Assembly (NCBI GenBank): GCA_965216875.1
Contig: OZ244207.1
Location: 928,001 to 992,000, forward strand
DNA length: 64,000 nt
Direction of reading: 5' to 3'
DNA from: Rubripirellula sp.
Lineage (GTDB): Bacteria; Planctomycetota; Planctomycetia; Pirellulales; Pirellulaceae
Shown here: piece after piece, positions 39,975 to 49,465 of the stretch
Position numbering within the stretch: the stretch's first letter is position 1
How the letters are laid out: each line of letters starts with the position of its first letter
Translations under genes and position numbers: made by a program
The notes under the pieces: generated by a model
Told to the model about the DNA's origin: nothing
Database searches by the model: none
The model's input: only the letters and a program-made list of their open reading frames with translations

Positions 39975-41261
39975 ATGAAGCGTCAATTCAAGGGTTTTAC
40001 ATTGGTCGAGCTGTTGGTGGTGATCACCATCATCAGCATTTTGATGGGATTGTTGATCCCAGCGGTGAACGCCGCTCGGGAGGTCGCTCGTCGTAACCAG
40101 TGTTCGGTTCGCATCAAGAACCTCGCCCTGGCAGCGGTTCAACACGAAAACACCAAGGGCGTTTTCCCCTCGTATGTCACCAAATTCGGTGAGTTCCCCG
40201 CCGATGGCGCATCGGTCGGTCTCGATCGAAGCGATCCGGCCAACTACGGCGGTATGGTTCCTCGCCACGCAAAAGTCGGCGGGTTCGGTGTTGCCCTGCT
40301 GCCTTGGCTCGATGCTCAGCCAACCTACGAACACTGGACAGATGATTCGTATCCCGTAATCGCCGATAGTATGGCGACGTTGGGAACGACGATTGCGGTA
40401 GGTGCCACCAGTGCGGGAGCCGGTTTCCACACTCTCGCCTCGCCCAACCTGCCAAACTTCCAATGCCCAAGTAATCCAGTGTCCGACGCTGAATCGGGCC
40501 GAAACAGCTTCATTACTAACAATGGCTTGTGCTATTGGCGAACGATGGAAGCTGCGACCGCCAACGGAGGGACTCCTGGTGCTGTGACCAGTCACGCCCT
40601 GGCTCAAGGTGTTGGTAGCATCCAAGGCAAGAACAACGGTGTCTTCAAGCAGGGATACATTGGCGTCGACGTCGGCGGGATGGGATTTGCCGCTGGAATG
40701 GGAACGGGACCAGCCCTGACGATTGACGACATCAAGGATGGCCTCACGCACACTGCCCTTTACTCCGAAAACGTCCAAGCACTGCCATGGCACTTGCCCG
40801 GTATGCTCAACGGTGGTGCCGCACCCGGCCTGATCACCGGAACGGGTGAGATTGATGGATCGGTGATGACGCCTACCGGTGCTGCATTGGCGTTGGCACA
40901 GTTCACCAGCGGAATGGTCTGGCACTTCGAAGATGCTCAAACAGCTCTCCCCGTTCCTACTGGAATTGCTACCGACCTTGGCGACGACTCGTTCACCAAG
41001 CACCGTATCAATGGTGGCGGCGTCACAGCGTCGGACGACATCTTCACACTCCAGATGACCGCCAATAACTGCTACGACCTCGCGCGTCCTTCGTCGGCTC
41101 ACGTTGACGGTGTCAACATGGGATTCGCAGACGGCGGGACTCGCTTCGTGGCTGACTCGGTCGACACGCGTGTTTACCAAGCTCTGCTCACTCCTCGCGG
41201 TAAGAGCTCGCACGTGCCATGGCCTGAGTTTGTCTTGACCGACGAAGTGATTGGCGAGTAA
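39975..41261 (+). CDS. DUF1559-family prepilin-type N-terminal cleavage/methylation protein
   Basis: MKRQFKG/FTLVELLVVITII, PAVNAAREVARRNQC, FQCPS, IKDGLTHT; C-terminal SAHVDGVNMGFADG (H-X9-DG). Confidence 0.93.
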   Translation: MKRQFKGFTLVELLVVITIISILMGLLIPAVNAAREVARRNQCSVRIKNLALAAVQHENTKGVFPSYVTKFGEFPADGASVGLDRSDPANYGGMVPRHAKVGGFGVALLPWLDAQPTYEHWTDDSYPVIADSMATLGTTIAVGATSAGAGFHTLASPNLPNFQCPSNPVSDAESGRNSFITNNGLCYWRTMEAATANGGTPGAVTSHALAQGVGSIQGKNNGVFKQGYIGVDVGGMGFAAGMGTGPALTIDDIKDGLTHTALYSENVQALPWHLPGMLNGGAAPGLITGTGEIDGSVMTPTGAALALAQFTSGMVWHFEDAQTALPVPTGIATDLGDDSFTKHRINGGGVTASDDIFTLQMTANNCYDLARPSSAHVDGVNMGFADGGTRFVADSVDTRVYQALLTPRGKSSHVPWPEFVLTDEVIGE

Positions 41262-41293
41262 TCGCTCGAAAGGCAACCAAGAAGAATCGACTC

Positions 41294-41326
41294 AGCGAGG
41301 CCGCAATGTTGCGGCCTCGCTTTTTT
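41294..41326 (+). terminator. Rho-independent terminator
   Basis: AGCGAGGCCGCAA-TG-TTGCGGCCTCGC followed by TTTTTT, ~30 nt after the stop. Confidence 0.85.
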
Positions 41327-41352
41327 ATGCGCCAGCGGTCAACCGATGGAAA

Positions 41353-41565
41353 CCACCTTCTGGCGAAGGTAGCGACGGGGCGCGAACGCTATGAGCCGTG
41401 ATCGCGTAAGCGGCCGGGCCCTACACTCCTAGGCCGACTACGAGGGCCCGAGGCCTGACGGCCAGCGGCTCACGGGCCTGCACGCAACGTGGATACGCTC
41501 GCCAGAGCGTGGTGTGGTAATGCGCGGCACGCCAAAACCACCACCTTCTGGCGAAGGTAGCTACG
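41353..41565. repeat. Mixed REP-like cluster (GTAG and GTGAG families)
   Basis: CCACCTTCTGGCGAAGGTAGC occurs twice; also GATACGCTCGCCAGAGCGTGG and TGAGCCGTGATCGCGTAAGCGGCCGGGCC...GCGGCTCACG. Confidence 0.85.
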
Positions 41566-41876
41566 ACACGCAGCTGTGTCTTTCTGGTCCTGCTCGTCGA
41601 ACCGGTTGTGCCGGTTAGCCGAAACGTGCTTGCACCGTGGTTGACTTTGGAAACTTTGGCGGCTGTTCGCTTCAGGAAATCTGTGCGGTCGCGACGATCT
41701 CTCTAGCACACAGCAGCACCCAGGATGTCGGTGCATCAACGCCACGGCCCACTTTGAGCCGCTTTGCCAGCCTTAGGCCATCGCTAGCCTTGGGCGCAGC
41801 CGCTCGGCCGTCGTTTCGCATGGATTGCGATCCTCACCTCCCAATCCATCCCGACATTCCTGAGAGCGATCGACGC

Positions 41877-43403
41877 GTGACCAAGACGATTCCTAGCTAC
41901 CTGAAGCTTCACCGCGCCCCAGCCCCATCGTCGGGCAAGTCAGCCAACAACCCGCCGCAGACGCCCCCTGAAAACGTCGATAGCTTTTGGGATGCCTACA
42001 GCGAAGCAACGGGTTGGCGAATCGATCCAAGTAGCAAACCTGAGCACCAGCCGATGTCGCTGTTGCCGGCTGTCAACGTTGATCCGATGCAGGGTGTTGA
42101 AACCGATGGGGCGCCCGCGGTCAGTCGCAGCAGTGCCCTTCGCCTTGCCGAATCGGCAGCCAAGCTTGCGGAACAGTTGCATCAAAGTCGCGAAGCCTTG
42201 CGACTTCAGGAAGCGGAGCTCGCCGCCCGCGCGGCGATCGTGATCGATCAGCCATCGCGTACCAAACTCGCTGACAAGATCGAGAAAACGCTCACCGATG
42301 CTGCTGCCACCTGTCGTTGCTCCGCCGCAGCGATGTACCTGCTCGACGACGACACCAAGTACTTGAAAACACGAGCCGTCCACGGGTTGGATGCCGAGCG
42401 ACTGGAAAGTCCGTCACGCGAACTGCGCGGTAGCCGCGCCGATCTCGAGGCACTCGTTCAGGGCGTCGTGATGATCGACGACTTGTCGAGCACCGACGCC
42501 GAGACTTGGTGCGTTCCGGAGCCCGCAGCCAGCGCGATCTGCGCTTCGATTCAGCAAGATGATCTTCCCATAGGAACGCTTTGGTTGTTGTCGGACCAAC
42601 CGCAATCGTTCAGTGAAGCTGACGCCGCGGCGGCGCGACTCGCAGCCTCACAGCTTGCACTTGAGTTGACCAACGCAGCGAGCGGCAAGCAAAAGATGCA
42701 ATGGCAACGAGGCGTCGCGGCACTGCGCGACATCTCGGAGTGGCAGTACCAGACACTTCCCGTCGGCTCGATTCTTGCCGAGGGTTGGACCGTCGACGGA
42801 ATGGTCGAGTCTCCACAAGATTGGGTCAGCGGTTGGCACGCTTGGGACGTCTTGCCTGACGGAACACTGATGATCTCGATCGCCGAGGCGGTGGACACGT
42901 CGATCGGTGGCGCGATGACCGCGACGATCGCAAGGGCAGCCCTCTCGGCTCACAGTGGCTACCGACACACACCCAAACAAATGCTCCAACGCGTCAGTGA
43001 CACACTTTGGCAAACGAGTACCGGCGAGCAGCTCGTGTCGATGATGTACTTGCGACTTGATCCAGAATCTGGCGAAGGCGAAGTGGCCGCTGCCGGAAAA
43101 ATCTCAGCGATGATCGGCAGTCGCTACGGCTACCGTCCTTTGGTCAACGGAAACTCCGAGCCGTTGGCAACCAACATGGACGTGCAGTCCTACGCCGAAA
43201 CGTTTCGTATGATGCCGGGCGAATCACTGGTCGCCTACGGGCCGGGTGTGGTTAGCGATGGTGGCACGCAAACGATGATCGGCGAAGCGATTCGTTCGGC
43301 AATGCAAGATCGAAACCACAACTCGCTGTCCGTGCTGCGACGCAAAATCGCCAAGCAAGTGCTCGGACACGAGCGAGGCTTGGTATCGCTCACCCGTAGT
43401 TAG
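41877..43403 (+). CDS. GAF + SpoIIE/PP2C-like domain protein with degenerate active site
   Basis: GAF-like segment (AAMYLLDD..YLKTRAVHGL...PIGTLWL...FSEAD), then a SpoIIE-like fold (QTLP, LPDGTLMISIAE, LDPESGEG..AAAG, MPGESLVAYGPG). Likely start GTG 41877. Confidence 0.8.
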   Translation: MTKTIPSYLKLHRAPAPSSGKSANNPPQTPPENVDSFWDAYSEATGWRIDPSSKPEHQPMSLLPAVNVDPMQGVETDGAPAVSRSSALRLAESAAKLAEQLHQSREALRLQEAELAARAAIVIDQPSRTKLADKIEKTLTDAAATCRCSAAAMYLLDDDTKYLKTRAVHGLDAERLESPSRELRGSRADLEALVQGVVMIDDLSSTDAETWCVPEPAASAICASIQQDDLPIGTLWLLSDQPQSFSEADAAAARLAASQLALELTNAASGKQKMQWQRGVAALRDISEWQYQTLPVGSILAEGWTVDGMVESPQDWVSGWHAWDVLPDGTLMISIAEAVDTSIGGAMTATIARAALSAHSGYRHTPKQMLQRVSDTLWQTSTGEQLVSMMYLRLDPESGEGEVAAAGKISAMIGSRYGYRPLVNGNSEPLATNMDVQSYAETFRMMPGESLVAYGPGVVSDGGTQTMIGEAIRSAMQDRNHNSLSVLRRKIAKQVLGHERGLVSLTRS

Positions 43404-43410
43404 AGTGTTC

Positions 43411-43469
43411 GGGAGGGCGAGGCTCCTGCCGAGCCACCGTCTGAGGCTCCGCAGGAGCGTCGCCCTCCC
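43411..43469. repeat. Palindromic doublet between convergent genes
   Basis: GGGAGGGCGAGGCTCCTGCCGAGCC ... GGCTCCGCAGGAGCGTCGCCCTCCC. Confidence 0.75.
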
Positions 43470-43476
43470 ACCAAAC

Positions 43477-44289
43477 TCACTCGTTGGCTGCGATCATGTT
43501 GGACATGCTCTCGCGGACCAGCGTTTCAACGCCCGGGGAATAATCAAACACTTCGACGCTAACCCAGCCGTCGTAGCGGATGTCGCGGAGTGCATTGAAG
43601 ATCGGTTTAAAATCGACGTCGCCCATTCCGGGGCCGCGCCGATTGGGATCGTTGGCGTGAAAGTGAATCATCGCGTCGGCATTATCGCGAATGATCTGGT
43701 CGATCGGTGTCCCTTCGTCGCTCATTGCTTTGACGTCGAGGTGCAGCTGAACATTCGGGCTGCCGATCATCGCTTGCAGTTTTCGAGCATCGGCGGCTTT
43801 GTTGAGAAAGTTGCCCTCTTCGTGTCCAAGCGGCTCGAGCGCAATGCGAACGCCAAGCGACTCGAGTTCTTTGACCGCACCCGCGATCACCTCGGCTGCA
43901 TTCTCCATCGCCGATTGCATCGATTGGCCTTCAGGAACATTGCGTTGTTGAGGCGAGCCGAGCACCATCACCTCACCGCCAAGGTCGTGACAGAGCCGGG
44001 CAAGTTCGATGAGGTAGCCAGTGGTTTCTGAGCGGACCGAGTCGTCGGTCGTGGTCAGGTGGAAGCCTTCGGTTTTGGCGAGCAGCCAATGCAGACCGAT
44101 CAACGAGAAGCCCGCCTGTTCGACCTGGCTGCGGTACTCGGCGCGCTGGGCGGAGGTGAAGCTTGTGATGTCGTCGGTCAGCATGAACGGAGCGACTTCC
44201 CATCCGGTGTAGCCCGTTTCTCGCGCAAGCTCGAGCGCCTTTTCGAGCGGCCAGTCACCAAACGTTTCGTTACAGATAGCGTATTTCAT
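43477..44289 (-). CDS. Sugar phosphate isomerase/epimerase (xylose-isomerase-like TIM barrel)
   Basis: MKYAICNETF, GWEVAP, IALEPL..EGNF, LHLDVKAM, HFHAND.NRRGPG.G.VDF, YDGWVSVEVF. Confidence 0.88.
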   Translation of the reverse strand: MKYAICNETFGDWPLEKALELARETGYTGWEVAPFMLTDDITSFTSAQRAEYRSQVEQAGFSLIGLHWLLAKTEGFHLTTTDDSVRSETTGYLIELARLCHDLGGEVMVLGSPQQRNVPEGQSMQSAMENAAEVIAGAVKELESLGVRIALEPLGHEEGNFLNKAADARKLQAMIGSPNVQLHLDVKAMSDEGTPIDQIIRDNADAMIHFHANDPNRRGPGMGDVDFKPIFNALRDIRYDGWVSVEVFDYSPGVETLVRESMSNMIAANE

Positions 44290-44366
44290 GGTGATGAATT
44301 TAAACGGCACGGCACTGCGCGTCAGCCCGTGAGCGGCGTTGAACGCGACGCTCCAATGCCAACCAT

Positions 44367-44474
44367 CACCCTCCCGCTTTCGGGAGGGTCGGGCTCTAAG
44401 GCCCGGGGAGGGAACGATCCAAATAAAACAGACACTCTCCGGGCTTTAGCGCCCGACGCTCCCAAGGGAGAGTG
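44367..44474. repeat. ~105-bp composite palindromic element, inverted orientation
   Basis: CACCCTCCCGCTTTCGGGAGGGTCGG...CGCTCCCAAGGGAGAGTG matches the reverse complement of the 38249 family. Confidence 0.88.
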
Positions 44475-44871
44475 TTAAGCGCTCAGTTTGGGACGTCCAA
44501 GCTCATCCATGTCGAGATTCGCCCCCGCGACAGCCCGGCCAACCAGGCGATCCCGGCTCACCCTTTTTCTCACCCGCTGGCGAGTGTGGCGGCGCGACCT
44601 TTTTGGGGCGTGGTGATCGGACCCCTCGAAACTGTTTCCCGAATCCACCTATCTTTCCTGCTTTGAATTGGCATCAAATCCGCATGTGAAAAAATGGAGT
44701 TTCCAACAGTTTTTCCACCACCCGTCGATTCATGCTAGCAATCTTCACTAACCCTTAACCAGCACTAGGCTTACGTCACTTGCGCGGGCGATTTCGACGG
44801 ATTGTTCGTGTGAGAATGAGTCGCGTAAGTCGTTATCAGGGAGGGTTTTAGGGGCTTCTTTTCGATTCTCG

Positions 44872-44899
44872 TTGACATGCCCTCCGCAATCCCTAAGAT
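44872..44899 (+). promoter_or_regulatory. Sigma70-type promoter of nrdJ
   Basis: TTGACA (44872-44877), 16-nt spacer, TAAGAT (44894-44899), immediately before the NrdR boxes. Confidence 0.7.
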
Positions 44900-44907
44900 T
44901 CGCCAGT

Positions 44908-44955
44908 CGCCCACATGTAGTAGGTTACTGGCTTGGTAACCACTACCGGTAGTGC
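44908..44955 (+). promoter_or_regulatory. Tandem NrdR boxes
   Basis: CGCCCACATGTAGTAG (44908) and CCACTACCGGTAGTGC (44940) fit the acaCwAtATaTwGtgt consensus. They start 32 bp apart, upstream of an RNR gene. Confidence 0.8.
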
Positions 44956-45178
44956 TTTCATTTACGTTTGGACAAACGTTGCCTTGCGGGGAGCATCGAC
45001 GGATTGATGCCTGCGATCTGCCACCCACAATTTGCCAATTCAAGCACTGAGCGATGTGGTCGACAACTGTTCACATTCTCATATTAAAATGGGAAGAGCC
45101 CGCCGTTTCGCTGGGATTGCGAATCAAACTTGACGGCGTTCTCGACCCCAAGGATGAAATCTAAGGAGTCTTAAAGCT

Positions 45179-48100
45179 ATGGCAACCGTTTTGCCTCCAC
45201 GTCCATTGCAAGACCCCGCAACCGACCCTGCGCTCGAGAAGGTCAACTCGCAGCATGGCGTCGATTACGCGCGTACAAAATTTGGATTGCGGCTTCGCAG
45301 TGCGAGCAGCCGCTCGGGTTTGAAGATCGAAAGCAAGTTCTGCCCCGACGATCAACGCACGCCGTTCGCGACTTCGCAGTGGGAACTGCGTAGCGCTGCG
45401 ATTAAAGACGAGAATGGCAATGCGCTGTTCGAGCAAAACGACTGCGAAGTCCCAGCGGACTGGAGTCAGTTGGCGACCAACGTGGTCGTGTCAAAATACT
45501 TCTACGGCGATCCGGGCAACGCAGACGAGCGTGAGCGAAGCGTTCGCCAATTGATCCATCGTGTTACGCGAACGATCACCGACTGGGGTCTAGGCGACGG
45601 TTACTTTGATACGCCCGAAGACGGCGAGCGTTTCTATCGTGACCTGACCTGGTTGTGCCTGCACCAACATGGTGCTTTCAACAGCCCAGTGTGGTTTAAC
45701 GTTGGTTTGCACGCGCAATATGGCGTGGAAGGTGCAAAGTGCAACTGGCGTTGGAACACCGAAACAGAGAATACGGAACAGCCAGAGAACCCCTACGAGT
45801 ATCCACAGGGTTCGGCATGCTTTATCCAAAGCGTCGACGACAACATGGAAGACATCATGCGTCTTGCCTGCAGCGAGGCGATGTTGTTCAAGTTCGGCAG
45901 CGGAACGGGCACCGACCTTTCAACCATTCGTTCACAGCGTGAAAAACTTTCCGGTGGCGGCACGCCATCGGGACCGTTGTCGTTCATGCGTGTGTACGAC
46001 TCGATCGCCGGCGTGATCAAGAGTGGCGGCAAGACACGTCGTGCCGCCAAGATGCAGTCGCTCAAAGTCTGGCATCCCGACGTGCTCGAGTTCATCGAGT
46101 GCAAGTGGGCTGAAGAGAAGAAGGCACACGCGTTGATTCGCGAAGGCTACGAGTCGAATTTCAACGGCGAAGCTTACAGCAGCGTCTGCTTCCAAAATGC
46201 GAACCTTTCGGTTCGTGTTACCGACGACTACATGCAAGCTGTCCGCGACGAAAAGATGTGGCAGACTCGCTGGGTCACTGATCGTCCGGAAGAGGACGCT
46301 CCCGAGTACGATGCTCGCGAGTTGCTCGAGAAGATGGCCGATTGTGCATGGCACTGCGGCGACCCCGGTGTTCAATACGACACGACGATCAACAAGTGGC
46401 ACACCTGTCCAAACAGCGGTGCAATCAACGCGTCGAACCCATGCAGCGAGTACATGTTCCTTGACGACACCGCTTGCAACTTGGCTTCGATCAACTTGAT
46501 GAAGTTCGTTGGCAATGACGGTTCGTTTGACGTTGATGGATTCCGCGCAGCGTCTCGCCTCTTCTTCATCGCTCAAGAGATTCTGGTCGACCACGCCAGT
46601 TATCCCACCGAGCCGATCGCTCGTAACAGCCATCGTTACCGTCCGTTGGGTCTTGGTTATTCGAACCTCGGCAGTGTCGTCATGACCAACGGGTTGGCTT
46701 ACGACTCCGACGCGGCTCGCGGCATGTGCGGTTCGTTGACCTCGTTGTTGCACGGTGAAGCAAACCGTACCAGCGGCGAACTTGCCAGCGTCGTCGGTCC
46801 GTTTGATGCTTATTCGGAAAACGAAAAGCCGATGCTCAACGTGATGCAAATGCACCGCCAAGCATGTGACGACATCAACGATGAAGGTCCCGCCGAGCTG
46901 AAAGAAGCCGCTCAAAAACTTTGGGACGACGTGCTGCAGATCGGTGAGAAGTATGGTTTCCGTAACGCCCAAGCAACCGTTTTGGCGCCGACCGGAACGA
47001 TCAGCTTCATGATGGACTGCGACACAACCGGTATCGAACCCGATATCGCGCTGGTCAAGTACAAGCAGCTCGCCGGTGGCGGGATGCTCAAGATCGTCAA
47101 CCGAACCGTTCGCCTCGGACTCGACAAGCTTGGTTACAGCGAGCCCGAGATCGACGTGATCCTGAAGTTCATCGACGAAAACGACACCATTGAAGGTGCA
47201 CCCGGTTTGAAGACCGAACACCTTAGCGTCTTTGACTGTGCGTTCCAGCCAGCCAACGGTGTTCGCAGCATTCCATGGCAAGCACACGTCACGATGATGG
47301 CAGCCGCGCAGCCGTTCCTTTCGGGTGCGATCTCCAAGACGGTCAATATGCCAAACGATGTCACGGCAAAAGATATCGCCGACGCCTACTTCTGGGGTTG
47401 GGAACTTGGCCTGAAAGCGATCGCCATCTACCGCGACGGCAGCAAGCAATCACAGCCGCTCAACACGTCGTCCGAAGAAGGCTCTGACTCCAAAGCCGAA
47501 ACGATCGAAAAGATCGTTTACAAGCCACGTCGCGAACGATTGCCAGACACACGCCAAAGTGTCACGCACAAGTTCACCATTGCTGGTCACGAAGGTTACC
47601 TTTGCGTCGGTCTCTACCCGGACGGTCGCCCTGGCGAAATCTTCATCACGATGGCCAAAGAAGGTTCAACGATCGGCGGGATCATGGACAGCTTTGGAAC
47701 GGCGTTGTCGATCGCGTTGCAGTACGGTGTGCCGCTTGAAGTGCTCGTCAACAAGTTCAGCCATACGCGGTTTGAACCGATGGGACACACGTCCAACAAG
47801 GACATCCGAATCGCCAAGAGTGTTGTCGACTACATCGCTCGCTGGCTCGGTTTGACCTTCATGAGTGGCAACACCGACAGCTTGCCACCGGCTCCTTCGG
47901 CGGGTGACAAGACGAGCAACGGGAACGCACCTGAAGTGACCGCACCGTCGAGTCCCGTGATGGAAGGCTTGAAGGAAGATGCCGGTGCCGCCGTCGCTCT
48001 GGCCGAACGGGCAACACTGCTCGCCAGCCTCAGCGAAGCCTCTTCGTCCAACGGAAACGGCCATTCCAACGGACACGCTGCGACGCCCGATGCCGATTCA

Positions 48101-48238
48101 AAGGATGGCAATCAAACCGACCAGTTTGCTCGCTTCCAAATCGATGCACCAACCTGTGACAATTGTGGCAGCATCACTGTTCGCAACGGCAACTGCTACC
48201 TCTGTCACAACTGTGGTAACAGCATGGGTTGCAGCTGA
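45179..48238 (+). CDS. nrdJ: Class II (adenosylcobalamin-dependent) ribonucleotide reductase with TSCPD-like domain and C-terminal Zn ribbon
   Basis: FNSPVWFN, GSACFI, GGKTRRAAKM, ASNPCSEY, ACNLASIN, LAPTGTIS, SGAISKTVN, AIYRDGSK, CDNCG...CHNCG...GCS. AAGGAG RBS. Confidence 0.96.
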   Translation: MATVLPPRPLQDPATDPALEKVNSQHGVDYARTKFGLRLRSASSRSGLKIESKFCPDDQRTPFATSQWELRSAAIKDENGNALFEQNDCEVPADWSQLATNVVVSKYFYGDPGNADERERSVRQLIHRVTRTITDWGLGDGYFDTPEDGERFYRDLTWLCLHQHGAFNSPVWFNVGLHAQYGVEGAKCNWRWNTETENTEQPENPYEYPQGSACFIQSVDDNMEDIMRLACSEAMLFKFGSGTGTDLSTIRSQREKLSGGGTPSGPLSFMRVYDSIAGVIKSGGKTRRAAKMQSLKVWHPDVLEFIECKWAEEKKAHALIREGYESNFNGEAYSSVCFQNANLSVRVTDDYMQAVRDEKMWQTRWVTDRPEEDAPEYDARELLEKMADCAWHCGDPGVQYDTTINKWHTCPNSGAINASNPCSEYMFLDDTACNLASINLMKFVGNDGSFDVDGFRAASRLFFIAQEILVDHASYPTEPIARNSHRYRPLGLGYSNLGSVVMTNGLAYDSDAARGMCGSLTSLLHGEANRTSGELASVVGPFDAYSENEKPMLNVMQMHRQACDDINDEGPAELKEAAQKLWDDVLQIGEKYGFRNAQATVLAPTGTISFMMDCDTTGIEPDIALVKYKQLAGGGMLKIVNRTVRLGLDKLGYSEPEIDVILKFIDENDTIEGAPGLKTEHLSVFDCAFQPANGVRSIPWQAHVTMMAAAQPFLSGAISKTVNMPNDVTAKDIADAYFWGWELGLKAIAIYRDGSKQSQPLNTSSEEGSDSKAETIEKIVYKPRRERLPDTRQSVTHKFTIAGHEGYLCVGLYPDGRPGEIFITMAKEGSTIGGIMDSFGTALSIALQYGVPLEVLVNKFSHTRFEPMGHTSNKDIRIAKSVVDYIARWLGLTFMSGNTDSLPPAPSAGDKTSNGNAPEVTAPSSPVMEGLKEDAGAAVALAERATLLASLSEASSSNGNGHSNGHAATPDADSKDGNQTDQFARFQIDAPTCDNCGSITVRNGNCYLCHNCGNSMGCS

Positions 48239-48269
48239 TCGACGATCAGACCTAGTGATTCATTTTTCG

Positions 48270-48308
48270 AAGCCTCGGCGGGAGTGCCAACCCGTCGGGG
48301 CTTTTTTT
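48270..48308 (+). terminator. Rho-independent terminator of nrdJ
   Basis: AAGCCTCGGCGGG-loop-CCCGTCGGGGCTTTTTTT. Confidence 0.85.
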
Positions 48309-48323
48309 GTGGAAGAAGAGGTT

Positions 48324-48404
48324 AACCACGAATGGCACGGATCACACGAATAGGAAACAGAGACGCGCATTTCATTCGTGTGATCCGTGCGATTCGTAGT
48401 TCCC
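48324..48404. repeat. CACGAA-type inverted repeat; right arm recurs at 50670-50700 and 52051-52081
   Basis: AACCACGAATGGCACGGATCACACGAAT ... ATTCGTGTGATCCGTGCGATTCGTAGTT. Confidence 0.8.
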
Positions 48405-48421
48405 TCGGCGCTCCCTGTCTC

Positions 48422-49309
48422 TCAGCCGCACACTCGTCGCGTCACCTCGGCATACACCTCATCATCGAGCGGGCCTTTCTGGGCCGCCGCAACGTTTGCC
48501 GCGAGATGTTCTTTGTTGCAGGTGCCGACAATCGTCGTGTGACAATGCGGATGCGAAAGTGTGTAACGCAGAATCAGTTCCGCACGATCCATCCCGTCAA
48601 CCAATAGCTCATCAAGTCTCGCTGAATCCCAAACCGCGTTTAGTTTTTCGCGTTGGATTTCGGCGTCGGGGCCTCCCTGTGCGATCCCACCTCGAATGAT
48701 GATGCCAGCTCCCGTTTCGGCTGCCCGGCAGATTGAATCGTGGTGTTGTCGGTCCAGGCACGAGTAGGGAATTTGAAACGTGTCGAAGACTCCGAGGTCG
48801 ATCAGTCCGTCAAGATTGGGCAGTTTGCTAGAAACGCCGATATACCGAAGGACTCCTTCGTCTCTCATTTGCATTAAAAGGTCGATCAATCCGGCCGCTT
48901 GCAGTGTTTCGGCATCGCCACCATGAAACTGCAGCAAGTCGATCGTGTCGGTTCGCATTCGATCAAGGCTCTGCTGGACGTCACGTTTGACGACGTCCAC
49001 GCTCCAATCGTGATCGATCTCAAGGTGATCTTCATGTTGCGTGTAGACACACCCACACTTTGTAGCCAAGAAAAACTCGTTGCGACGGCCACTGATGTAC
49101 TTCCCGATGCGATGCTCGGCGATCCCGTAGACCGGCGCGGTGTCGATAAAGTTGATGCCGGCATCCAAGACCGCATTCAGAAAGACGTCCGCGCCTGCTT
49201 CATCGACAACGCGAACACCCCAGGTCCGAGGCCCCCGCAACCCCATACTGCCGTAGCCAAGTTGTGTGACTTCAAGATCGGTTCGCCCAAGTCGTTTTCG
49301 AGGCAGCAT
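48422..49309 (-). CDS. Aldo/keto reductase
   Basis: LGRTDLEVTQLGYG, GINFIDTAPVYG, LATKCG, IDLLQFH, RYIGVS. Likely start ATG 49309. Confidence 0.92.
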   Translation of the reverse strand: MLPRKRLGRTDLEVTQLGYGSMGLRGPRTWGVRVVDEAGADVFLNAVLDAGINFIDTAPVYGIAEHRIGKYISGRRNEFFLATKCGCVYTQHEDHLEIDHDWSVDVVKRDVQQSLDRMRTDTIDLLQFHGGDAETLQAAGLIDLLMQMRDEGVLRYIGVSSKLPNLDGLIDLGVFDTFQIPYSCLDRQHHDSICRAAETGAGIIIRGGIAQGGPDAEIQREKLNAVWDSARLDELLVDGMDRAELILRYTLSHPHCHTTIVGTCNKEHLAANVAAAQKGPLDDEVYAEVTRRVCG

Positions 49310-49349
49310 TTTTTCAATCACTTCGTTGCAAAACTGCACGTTAAAAAAA

Positions 49350-49456
49350 CACTCTCCCTTGGGAGAGTCGGGCTCTAAGGCCCGGAGAGGGTCTGTGTTG
49401 TGGCAATGATTCCCTCCCCGGACTTTGCATCCGACCTTCCCGCAAGAGCGAGGGAG
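49350..49456. repeat. ~105-bp composite palindromic element
   Basis: Same arms as the 38249 copy, different central spacer. Confidence 0.9.
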
Positions 49457-49465
49457 ATTCGATCA

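Noticed and set aside
39930..41276. 448-aa antisense ORF
   Set aside because: It mirrors the DUF1559 gene, has no motifs, and is expected from codon bias in GC-rich DNA.
44960..45178. Cobalamin riboswitch in the nrdJ leader
   Set aside because: Only isolated words (ACTGT, GGGAAG) resemble it; the full B12-box arrangement is not evident.
45932..47449. 505-aa antisense ORF within nrdJ (likewise 55254..56429 opposite pheST)
   Set aside because: Antisense shadow of a conserved gene with no recognisable protein features.
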